Shown here: positions 11,385 through 22,961 of the stretch, in pieces | Numbering within the stretch: the stretch's first letter is position 1 | Layout of the letters: each line of letters opens with the position of its first letter | NCBI GenBank assembly: GCA_964016885.1 | Contig: OZ024764.1 | Coordinates: 23,622,001 to 23,686,000, forward strand | Reading direction: 5' to 3' | From: Eledone cirrhosa | Taxonomy: Eukaryota | DNA: 64,000 bases | Made by a program: the position numbers and the translations under genes | The notes under the pieces: generated by a model | Databases searched by the model: none | The model's input: only the letters and a program-made list of their open reading frames with translations | Told to the model about the DNA's origin: nothing

Positions 11385-11665
11385 TACTAAGGTGTTGAAA
11401 TAACCAGGTACCCTCACGGGTATCACCTGGTACCTCAGTAAGGTGAGGCTAAGGTGCTGAAATAACCAGGTACCCTCACGGGTATCACCTAACACCTCGG
11501 TAAGGTGAGGCTAAGGATCTGAAATAACCAGGTACCCTCACGGGTATCACCTGACACCTCGGTAAGGTGAGGCTAAGGGGCTGAAATAACCAGGTACCCT
11601 CACGGGTAGCACCTGACACCTTGGTAAGGTGAGTCTAAGGGGCTGAAATAACTAGGTACCCTCAC
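11385..11665. repeat. 62-bp tandem repeat, ~4.5 copies
   Basis: GCTGAAATAACCAGGTACCCTCACGGGTATCACCTGACACCTCGGTAAGGTGAGGCTAAGG repeated. Confidence 0.9.
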
Positions 11666-11666
11666 T

Positions 11667-12020
11667 GAAATGACTAGATTTGTAGAAAAAGTAGGGTGAA
11701 AGTATACGAAGAGATGTAGTTTCACAGATCTACTCACACCTCACGTTGGGTGGGAAATAATTATTTTTCTTAGATTTTTTTCTAGACCCCTTTTCAATAT
11801 TTTCTCTGAACCCCTTAGATACTTGCAATAGACGTTTTATTCCCCAGTATTAGGGTTAGGGTTTCCGTTTTCAGGAAGAAAAGTCGATTGCAAACATCTA
11901 AGAGGTCGAGAAATAAAATTAAGGAAAGATAATTATTTCCCAGCCAACTGGAGAAGTGTGTAGCTCTTCTAAACTCTGATAATCCTGTCTCCCACTTTAT
12001 CTACAAATCTAGTCGTTTCC
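11667..12020. mobile_element. Degenerate palindromic MITE with central TTAGGGTTAGGG
   Basis: GAAATGACTAGATTTGTAGA pairs with TCTACAAATCTAGTCGTTTC; further inverted blocks at 11745/11920-11949 and 11811/11883-11904. Confidence 0.65.
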
Positions 12021-12566
12021 TGCTACTTTGAAGGCCCTATTTATTGATAACACCACTTGTAAATCTTTGTCAACTTTTCATACGTAAATTGTGAATCAGT
12101 TATTTTTAAACAAACTATCAAAGAAGTGATCTCACAGTAACTGTGTTTGATTTAATCAACTTATTCCCCACAAAAATTGTCGACCTTGTGTCTAAATCAG
12201 AAACTATTATTAGATCTTAAATCAACCCCGTAAAGATGAAGGGCAAAGCTAACCTCGGCGGGATTTCAACCCTTTATGTTATGAGTTCAAATCCCACCAA
12301 AGTTAACTTTGTCTTTCATTCTAACGGGGTGGATAAATTAAAGTTCCAGTTATTTACTGGGGTCTGAGATATTAACGTTTGAGTAGATTCTATCTTTTGT
12401 GTGTTTGTATTTATAATCTTACTAGAACAGCTGTGACCTGTTGGGTCACGTTCCCTTTAAAAATAATTTTTAAATAATTAAAATATAGACAGACATGTAT
12501 ATAATGTAAAATGAAATTATTAGGCCCATATATATATAATTATATATATGCGTGTGTGTGTATATA

Positions 12567-13417
12567 CAGGGTGTGGACGATATTTGTTCGCAATTTTCAA
12601 CTGCTAAATTTATGCAAATTTTTTTTACTTCCGTTGTCACTCTTGTCTTCATAAAAACAGTGACTATATTTCCATTATTTATTTTCCGAATAATTGATTA
12701 TGAATAATTTTGAACCTCCAAATTTGTGGAAGAGACAGAGTTCCTCTTGGAATCCGCGCCTGGAGGACAAATAAGGACCAGAAGATCAACTCCCAGAACA
12801 ACAGGTGGCTCGCTGTCTCATCCAAAGACCTGCCCAGAGTCATGCAGACAAAGTTTCCAGCGACAACATTGGTCTTTGGTGTCATCAGCAGTCAAGGTGA
12901 CGTCAAGCCACCCCACTTCTTCCCTGAGGACCTCAAGCTGAACACCGATGGCTACATCCACGTTCTGAGCGAGGTAGTAAAGCCCTGGATCGACCAGGTA
13001 GCTGCAGGTAGGCTGTACGTGTGGCAGCAAGACCCAAGCCTGGCTGTCAGAGAACTTCGTCGACCACACTTCACCTGACATCTGGCCTCCCAGCTCGCCT
13101 GACTGCAACCCCCTCGACTTCTTTGTGTGGGGCGCAGTGGAACGAGACACCAACAGATGTAGCTGCAATACGAAAGACGATCTGAAGGCCAGGATCACAA
13201 GTGCCTTTAGGGGCCTAAGTCGGGGGACAGTGACGAAGGCCTGTAGCTGGTTCCGAGGCCGTCATCAAAGCCAATGGCGGGTTTATGGAGTGAGATCGAA
13301 AGAAAAAGTCATGAAGACAACCTGACACAAGTTTGATAAATACATCTTAAAAAATAAAACTATTGTCTTATTTTTTCCTAGACAGTAATCTTGCGAACAA
13401 ATATCGTCCGCACCCTG
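12567..13417 (+). mobile_element. Internally deleted Tc1/mariner element (maT/DD37D-like)
   Basis: TA TSD; TIR CAGGGTGTGGACGATATTTGTTCGCAA. Transposase fragments VFGVIS, WQQD, WPPSSPDCNPLDFFVW. Confidence 0.88.
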
Positions 13418-13536
13418 TATATATGTGTGTGTGTCTGTGGCCTTAATACCCTAGTCACAGACACACACACACACACACACACACAAGTAATAATTTCGTT
13501 CAACAACACCACCAGCTCTCTCTCTCTATATATATA

Positions 13537-14930
13537 TCATCATCATCATCATCACCGTTTTACGTCCCTTCTTCCATGCTAGCATGGGTCGGACAGGTTG
13601 TCCTGTTTTGGGTAGTGTCCGGTCAGCTGATTTTGTCTTGCTCATAAGGGAACTGATTCTGGCTTGATTTCTACAGCTGGATGCCCTTCCTAACACCAAC
13701 CTCATTTACAGTGAGTGCTGGGTGCTTTTTTTCCGTGGTGCCTACATGTCCACTTTACAGTGTGGGCTGGGTGCTTTTTTACCGTGGTACCTCCACAAGG
13801 GCGTGGGGGCATATTGTCTATATGCTTCAGCTTGTACCCGTGGGGTGGTCGGGTCTTCTGTATTACTGCATGACGCCAGAGGTCACGGTCGTCTGTCATC
13901 GCCTTTGAGAGGTGTAATTGGGTAAGGTTGGCTTTTATCACCTCATCCCAGGTCTTCTTGGGTCTCCCCACTCCACGGCTTCCATCGACTTCTAGTGCTC
14001 TGCACCTTTTTATGCAGCTCTCATCCTTCATACGCATCACATGTCCATACCAACGCAACCGCCTCTCCTGCACACAGCATTTGATTCCTCTTATGCTCAG
14101 TCTCTCTCTCAATTCGTTTATGCTTTGCCGTTCACGTATATTACTATTACACATCCAACAGAGCATGCAGGCTTCGTTTCTTTCTATTCTGCGTAAGTCT
14201 TCCACCTTTATCACCCAGGTCTCACTACCATGTAACATTGCTGTTCGTATGCACGCATCATACAGTCATGAACTTTTTCCATCCCGTTCTTACCCTAGTT
14301 ATTGTACTTTCCGAACACCCACCTCCGCTCCTAATTCGGTCACCTGGGTAGCAAGAGCTGTCTACTGTTTCTACAGAGCCCTCCCAGAGATTGGTGGTAC
14401 TTATTTCCTGTGGCTGTTTGCTGCTTGCTGTCCCAGCACAACTGCTACATGTGAAGCATGCTACATTCTTAATTAAGCTTCCTGAGATCCCGCTACATCT
14501 CTTGTGTACCCATTGTTTGTATTTGGGGCAGAGGACGGAGTTCCTACCTACACATTTCCCACATACTAAGCAAGGCCATTTCCCTGAGGGGATCTGGGTT
14601 CTGCTTTCTCGTCTACTTACAAAGACCTTAGTCTTTGTCAGGTTGACTTTGAGACCCTTTCTTTCTAGTCCCTGCTTCCAAGTTTGGAATTTCTTCTCTA
14701 GTTCTACCATAGAGTCAGCTATAAGTGCGAGGTCATCTGCATACAGGAGTTCCCATGGGCATCCGGTCTTAAACTCCTCCGTTATTGCCTGCAGAACTAT
14801 GATGAACAGGAGAGGGCTAAGAACAGAGCCCTGGTGGACACTGACCCGTATGCTAAATTCCTCTCTCTAGTCATTGCTAATGCTAACTCTGCTGACTGCT
14901 CCCCTATACATGGCTGGTACAGCTTTCACA
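13537..14930 (-). mobile_element. 5'-truncated RTE LINE
   Basis: (CAT)n tail; minus-strand HQGSVLSPLLF, YADD, GSETW, RRLRWYGHVMRM, GRPKKTW. Confidence 0.92.
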
Positions 14931-15076
14931 TTTCGGGGTCAACTTCCTTTCAAACTATTTTCCCATTATGCCCCGTTTTGGCTGTATTACATTAGAGACA
15001 CAATCACAGAGTTATAGGTTTATAATGTTATAGTATCATGATAGGGTAATACAGTTATTTATAGACCTGTGGTAAA

Positions 15077-15240
15077 TGTTGGTTCAGTGCACCCTAGGGG
15101 ATGTTAGTGTTGGTTCAGTCCACTCTGGGGGATGTTAGTGTTGGTTCAGTCCACTCTGGGGGGTGTTAGTGTTGGTTCAGTCCACCCTGGGGGGTGTAAG
15201 TGTTGGTTCAGTCTACCCTGAGGGGTGTCAATGTTGGTCA
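15077..15240. repeat. 31-bp tandem repeat, ~5 copies
   Basis: TGTTGGTTCAGTCCACTCTGGGGGATGTTAG repeated. Confidence 0.9.
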
Positions 15241-15264
15241 ATGATAACCTTTATAACTAGAGGC

Positions 15265-15670
15265 CTGTTGGTGAGGACAAGCTGGATGTGGTGACATCTT
15301 TCTGCTACCTGCGTGACATGTCAGCTGGAAGTGGAGCCAAGTTCACTGCCATCATGCTGTGCCACTCGACAGGTAACAAGTTTAGGCAGCTTCTCCTAAT
15401 CCTCAAGACATGCTGGCTACCATTAGATACCATGGGGCAGATTTATAACACCTGTGAGAGAAGTGTGTTGTTTCATGCCAGCGAGACCTGGGCCATGTCA
15501 TCTGACTGTCTGAATTGACTCTGAAGAAATGACAGAACTATGATCCACTGGATGTGTAGTGTGACCATTGAGGATGATGTCAGCTCAACTGAGCTCCTAA
15601 AAAAACTGCTAATCGACAACCTCAAGGATGTGTTTCACAGGAGACACATGCACTGGTATAGCCATGTTGT
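15265..15670 (+). mobile_element. Old RTE LINE fragment
   Basis: SFCYLRDM, RSVLFHASETW, L.RNDRTMIHWMC. Confidence 0.7.
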
Positions 15671-15671
15671 T

Positions 15672-18253
15672 CATTCTCTCTCAACTCATCTATGCTTGGT
15701 CGTTGATGCACATTGACATTGCACATCCAACGGAGCATACTTGCTTCATTTCTCTCCAGCCATCGCATATCCTCCACAGTTGCTGTCCATGTCTCACTAC
15801 CGTGCAGCATCACACATCTCACGCGGGCATCACCAGCCATTCGTTCTTAGGGAGAAACGCTTCTTTGTCAACAGAGGAAGCAGCTCCCTAAACGTCTTCC
15901 AACCTGTCCTTATTCTAGATACTATGGTCTCACAGCACCCTCCCCCCATGCTAATCTGATCACCTAGGTATCAGAAGCTATCAACCACCTGTAGAGCCTA
16001 CCTGCATTTGAAAAATGTGTCTATCACTGCAACTTCTACTGTCAAATTTCCCTGTACATCTACTGCATATGTAGTTTTCCCTACCTGTTAGTTTGCCTGC
16101 TATCCCACTACATTTCTTGTGTACCCAAAATCTGCATTGTGTACATTATAGAATTTATGCCAGTTCCTTTTCTACATATCGAACAAGGCCATTTCCCTGA
16201 TGGAATGACAGTTTTGTCCTCTTTTCTACTCATCAACACTTTAGTCTTAGCTAGGTTCACTCTCAGTCCTCTTGATTCCAACTGCTGTTGCAATAGCCAG
16301 AATTTATTCTCTAGCTCCTCTACTGATTCTGCTATAAGAACCAGATCGTCAGCATAGAGAAGTTCCCATGGGCAGCCAGTCTTAAACTCTTCTGTTATGA
16401 CTTGGAGGACTATAATGAACAAGAGCGTGCTGAGGACCGAAACCTGATGTACTCCTACTTGTATTCTGGAATTCCTCACTAAACTCCATGCCTACCCTCA
16501 CTTTACTGACAGCACCTCTGTACATAGCTTGCACTGTCCTCACAAACTATTCCTCTACACCTAGTTTCCTTAGGGACCACCAGATGACAGATTGGGGTAC
16601 TCTATCAAAGGCCTTCTCTAGGTCAACAAAAACTAAGTATAGTGGTTTTTTTCTCTAAGAACCTCTCTTGTAGTTGTCTCACTAAGAAGAGGGCATCTGT
16701 TTGACTCTTTCTCTAAGTTGTGCTAGTATTCTTTCTGTCACTTTCATAACCTGATCCATCAGTTTTATACCCCTATAATTACTCCCCTCCAGAACATCCC
16801 CTTTACCTTTACCTCAATTTATGAGAATACTGCTGCACCAGTCTTTGGGTATGACACCACCATATATAGCTTGATTAATGATGCATGCAACCAGTTTAAT
16901 TCCTACTTCTCTTGATGCCTTCAGCATCTCAGCAACTATCCCCAACAGTCCAGCGGACTTACCATTTTTCATTTCCTTAATTGGACCCTATAGTCATCAA
17001 TCTCAATAGCTGGTCCTTCTGTCAGGTCTACTGAATGTAGCTCCCCTCCTATTCATTCTCCACATTCATCAGTCTCTCATAATGACATTTCCAGGCCTCC
17101 TTTTTTTTGAGAATCAGTGACACTAAGTGCACCAACATCCTGATTTACACTGACACACTGCCTTGCAATGTGGATCACCGCACATCTCTGATCTCCCCAT
17201 CGCAGGACATTGGCAAACCTTCTAATCTCAGCCTCCCTGCATGTTAAGTAAACCTGACATCTAGCTTCTCTCTTAGCGGCTGTGAATCGGTCTCTACCCC
17301 TACCATTTTTCCAAGCCTTTTGTCTCTAATGGCTCTATCTACCGTGCTGTTCCACCACCAGGTCACACTCTGTCTGGTTGGAACTCTGCTCCAGCCACAA
17401 GTTTCTTCAGTAACCTGCAGTAAGTTGTCACGTAAGAAATTCCAGTTATCGTCCATGTCATAGGACTCTAAATCGTCTTCTTTTTCGTCATACACATCTT
17501 GAAGGGCTTTCCTAAATTTATATTTTAGTGAAAGGTCTTTTAGTTTCCAGACCTTCCTTTTTCAAACCTTCTTGTATGTCTCATTTTGTCTCTTGCTTAC
17601 TGAGATGTCACTAACGACTAACCTATGTTGGTGGGGTACATTGTTCCCTGGGGTATGCCTTAATATTTGACACCATCTGTCTCTCTTGCTACTTAACTAG
17701 CAAGAAGTCAATCTGTCTCATGTGCTCACCTGCTTGGTAGGTTTCTTGAAATGTTGCAAATGCTTAGTTCACTTGCATCACAAAATACAAGAAGCCTCAC
17801 TCTTTCTTCGTTTCTTGAGCCATAACCATGACCACCATGTACCCCAGTGTATCCATCCTGGAACTGTCCAACATGACCATTGAAGTCCCCTGCTATTATA
17901 ACTAGGTCTCTGTCATTGTGGTTATCTCTACTTATTCCTTTTCTACATATGGAGCAGGGCCACTTTCCTGAAGGGGTCAGGGTCTTCTCTCCTATCCATT
18001 ACCACTTTAGTTTTGGCTAAGTATATTCTCAGAACTTACCATTTCAAATTCTATATCTATAGCTGGTCATCTACATAGAGAACTTTCCATAGACAGCCAG
18101 TCTTAAACCTCTCTGTTATGGCTTGGAGAACTATGATGAACAACAGTGGGCTAAGAACTAAACCATGATGAACTCCTACCTGTACCTTCAATTCATCACT
18201 AAACACACTTTACTGACAGCTTCTCACAAGCCATTCTTCTACACCTAATTTCC
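15672..18253 (-). mobile_element. Degraded RTE LINE fragments, EN+RT (part duplicated at 35402-36027)
   Basis: Minus-strand GDFNGH, DLEKAFDRV, CPWELLYADD, GSETW; homologous to 23550-25800. Confidence 0.88.
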
Positions 18254-18257
18254 TTAA

Positions 18258-18465
18258 CCCTTTAGTATATAAACTGGCCATATCTGGCCAGAATTGTCCC
18301 ACATCTTTCTGTTCAAACTGGCCGTAACTGGTCACTTATACTTATGTTAAGGTTTTGTTCTCAAAATAATTAACATCAAAATCTCATAGATTTGATATTA
18401 TGAGAGATAAAGTATTTACTGTGAAAATATAATAGTAAATATAGAGTAATGTGAATACTAAAGGG
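18258..18465. mobile_element. piggyBac-like MITE (copy 36032-36237)
   Basis: TTAA|CCCTTTAGTAT...ATACTAAAGGG|TTAA, 208 bp. Confidence 0.8.
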
Positions 18466-18567
18466 TTAATCTGATGTCACTAATAACTACTTTTATCAGT
18501 CAGTTTAATCTAATGTCACTAATAACTACTTTTATCAGTCAGTCTAATCTAATGTCACTAATAACTA
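18466..18567. repeat. 39-bp minisatellite seed, ~2.5 copies
   Basis: Same unit as 36238-40625. Confidence 0.9.
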
Positions 18568-18689
18568 ACCTATGTTAGGCAGCACATTCTTCACCAAGGA
18601 AGGCCTTAGTATTTATTACAGTCCATTTATCAATATAGAAATATTATATGAAATTTGTACTGATGTATTACAAGTTTCTGAGTATCTTA

Positions 18690-19618
<929 letters not shown>

Positions 19619-19932
19619 CTGTATCAATATCAAACTCATTACATCATACTACAACGACACCAAATATGTAGATCCATCATCCTTGCTTAAACTGGGGTTA
19701 ACCTTGTAGGTTTTACCTATGACAGGGATCATAAACACCAGGTTTCCATTTTTGAAGTAGTGTTTGAAGATTTTGTGTAAATTGAAGTTTTTCACATTAA
19801 ACTTTGATTTATTATACTTTAACAGGTAAGATATATATTTGTATTTTTAGTAAAGGTTGGGAACTTCTGTAATTTAAACCTGCCAATAAAATGAAAACTT
19901 TTGTTGTTGCTAGTCAGACATTGATATTAATT

Positions 19933-20113
19933 CTTGTTTCTACTTTAGGCACAAGGCCAGCAATTATCCAGTGCATTACTGGTACTTTATTTTATCGACC
20001 CCGTAAGGATGAAAGGCAAAGTCAACCTCGGCGGGATTTGAACTCAGATCGTAAAGGGACGTAACTATGCTTGAAAGCATGTCGTCCGACCCTCTACCGA
20101 TACTGCCAATCCA
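19933..20113 (-). mobile_element. SINE-like insertion specific to paralog 2 (related fragments at 12150-12365)
   Basis: Absent at the equivalent site in the other units; minus-strand B box GTTCAAATCC. Confidence 0.7.
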
Positions 20114-21143
20114 TGTCCTGTACATTGTCTCAAATATCACAGATTAAACAGATTTTAACAATAACAACAGAAATCAATAACTTGTAAGCCTAATATCTAG
20201 CTTCCATTTTAACTATTTGATATTGTTGTTCCTCTCCTGTCTCTTCATGTCTTTTAGATTTCAACTTCTATCTACTGTACTATTCCATCACCAAGGCAAC
20301 ATTCATCTGGCTGACAGCTTACATCAACTACAGATCTCATCAGTGGTTCACAACAGGCTGTCTGAAAGAAACTTGCAGATATCTTCTATGTCATAGCTAT
20401 CAATCTCCTCCTCCTTATCATATGTATCATGTAGAACATCTCTGAATTTATATTTAGCAGGGAGATCTTTTACTGTCCCTACCCTTTTCTCTAGGTTGTC
20501 TTGTACCTCTCTCACAGTCCCTCTAGATCTTATATTTAACAGGGAAATCTTTTACTGTCTCTACCATTTTCTCTAGGTTGTCTTGTACCTCTCTCACAGT
20601 CCCTCTAGATCTTATATTTAACAGGGAGATATTTTACTATCCCTACTCTTTTCTCTAGGTTGTCTTGTACCTCTCTCATAGTCCCTCTAAATCTTATATT
20701 TAACAGGGAGATGTTTTACTGTCCCTACCTCTTTCTTTGGGTTGTCTTGTACCACCCTCACAGTCCCTCTAGATCTTATATTTAACAGGGAGATGTTTTA
20801 CTCTCCAACCCTTCTCCAGATAGTCTTGTATCTGTCAGTCCCTCTAGATCTTACACCTAGTATCTAGTCTATGTTGAGTGGTACGTCCTTCTCCAGTAAA
20901 GGAGTTAATATTCCCAACCATCTGTCTATCCTGTTTTCTGATGAGAATGAAGTCAATCTAGTTTATCTCTTCACCTGATTGAAGTAACTAGATCAAGTAA
21001 CTAGATGTTTTCCTGTAAGTTAGTGTTGCAGTGTTTGTGTCACCATGTAAGGTATATATCTATTAATATAGAGATGTAGTAAAGTTTTCACTGTTGTATC
21101 TCTATTTTCTAAATATCTTAATAATGTTTCTCTACTATTTCAG

Positions 21144-21511
21144 AATATCACATGACCTTGACAGAAAAGAGTCTTTTAAAGACAACAGAAAGATGTTACA
21201 TACAAGTGATATAAACTTGTTTAGTCTGTGGTGAATTATGGTGAAATATTTCTTTTGAATTGAGATAAATAACAACATATTCCTTTTTCACTCTCTGGAA
21301 TATTTACAAGGGTATTTTACATTCTGATTAAACTTTGGATATTTACAAAGGAGTTTTCAAAATATTTGGATATTGACAAAGATCACATTTGATAAAATTA
21401 TGAACAATAAAAATATTTACATCAACATAGGAATATTTTCCAGAAGAGATGGGAAAATCATTATACCACTGTAATATTTGTGGTAAAGTATTCTCTATTC
21501 TTTATATGTAG
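21144..21511 (+). pseudogene. Relic ZF coding exon (equivalents 3610-3975, 44535-44897, 59066-59433)
   Basis: Acceptor and leader are homologous to the functional exon (TTCACTGTCTGGAATATxTACAAGATGATTTTA). Mini-ORF MGKSLYHCNICGKVFSILYM* at 21449 is half a finger. Confidence 0.8.
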
Positions 21512-21874
21512 AACATCTAACTAAACACTTTAACTAACAAACTATTGTGCTATAGAATTGAGAAACTTGAGGAATGTTTAATAAATGTTACAGATTTCTC
21601 CAAACTGTCGTTTACTAACTTTAATTTGAAGCTATATTATCTATATACTACTAAAACTCTTAATTGTGTCTTGTCTGTAATTTAATACAGCTAAAACGGT
21701 GCATAATGGGGAAATACTTTGAAAGGAATAAAACAATTTTTGTATAAATTGGAGCACAGGTTCCCAAGATACAGGGTTTTCTGGGTACCTTCATAAATAT
21801 AGGCAGAGAAAGAGATAGTGGTTGTGAGAGTGAGGAGACAGATGGAAGAGAGAGAGCTGGTGGTGTTTTTTAAT

Positions 21875-21905
<31 letters not shown>

Positions 21906-22961
21906 ACGTATGTGTATATTTTAACTATTTAAAAATTATTTTAAATGACTTTTAAAAAATAGTGATAAAGGAACGTGACCCAACAGGTCCCGGGTGGTCT
22001 AGTTTGTTACTAAATACTAGATATTAGAGGGTTATGTTGTTCTAGATGTGCTGGAAGAGCCATTCCATCTCGTGAGGCTCACACCAGCAGCTAGCCACCT
22101 CAGCACCTATGGTGGTATATTTATTATATTATTTATTCTTTATCATTAACATTAATATAAAAGATAATTATATATTTTTAGAGAAGAACCTCTAACTTCA
22201 TATAGCTTAGGGCTTCAGTAGATAAAAGTCTGGCCTTGCTTGTCTTGTATTTTTTAGGGGAGAAGTTAGGGAATACTGTTATTGTGTGAAAGTTTTCTAA
22301 ATCTTCTTCAGCCACTAACATGGAGAAGATATTTCAGTAAAAAGGTTCACATCCTGACATCTATAGCTGTTAACAATGAGATTGGAATTCATCATTAAAC
22401 AAATGTTATATCATCATCACTGTTTTACATCAGTTTTTCCACGCTGGCATGGGTTAGACGAGTTATCCTGTTGTAAGCAATGCCAGGTCAGGTGACCACG
22501 TCTTGCTCCTACAGAACCTATTTTGGTTTGGTTTCTACAGCTGGATGACCTTCCTAGCACCAACCTTATTTACATTGATTACTGGGTGCTTTTTACTATC
22601 TCACCAACTAGACCACTTCACAGTGTGGGCTGGGTACTTTTTAACTTTTTGTCATGACACCTACATGACCACTTTACAATGAGTACTGGGTACTTTCTGT
22701 TGTGACACCTACTTGACCACTTTACAGTGAGTACTGGGTACTTTATGTCATGACACCTACAGTACCACTTTACAGTGTGTCCTGGGTACTTTTTGTTGTG
22801 ACACCTACACGACCTCTTTACAGTGTTGGCAGTGAAATATCTAATGCACCAGCTTCAGTCATCAGAAGATCGCTGTTTTCTATATTATAATTTTATAATA
22901 TACATATACACACACAAACACAAATATATATATATATATATAAATTTTTTTATTTTTTATA

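Larger units (their letters stand above)
12422..15020 (-). mobile_element. Non-autonomous Helitron of the 4103-4469 family, split by nested mariner and RTE insertions
   Basis: 3' hairpin and CTAG at 12422-12455, middle piece at ~13490-13537, 5' piece at ~14943-15015; all are reverse complements of the 4103-4469 element. Confidence 0.7.
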
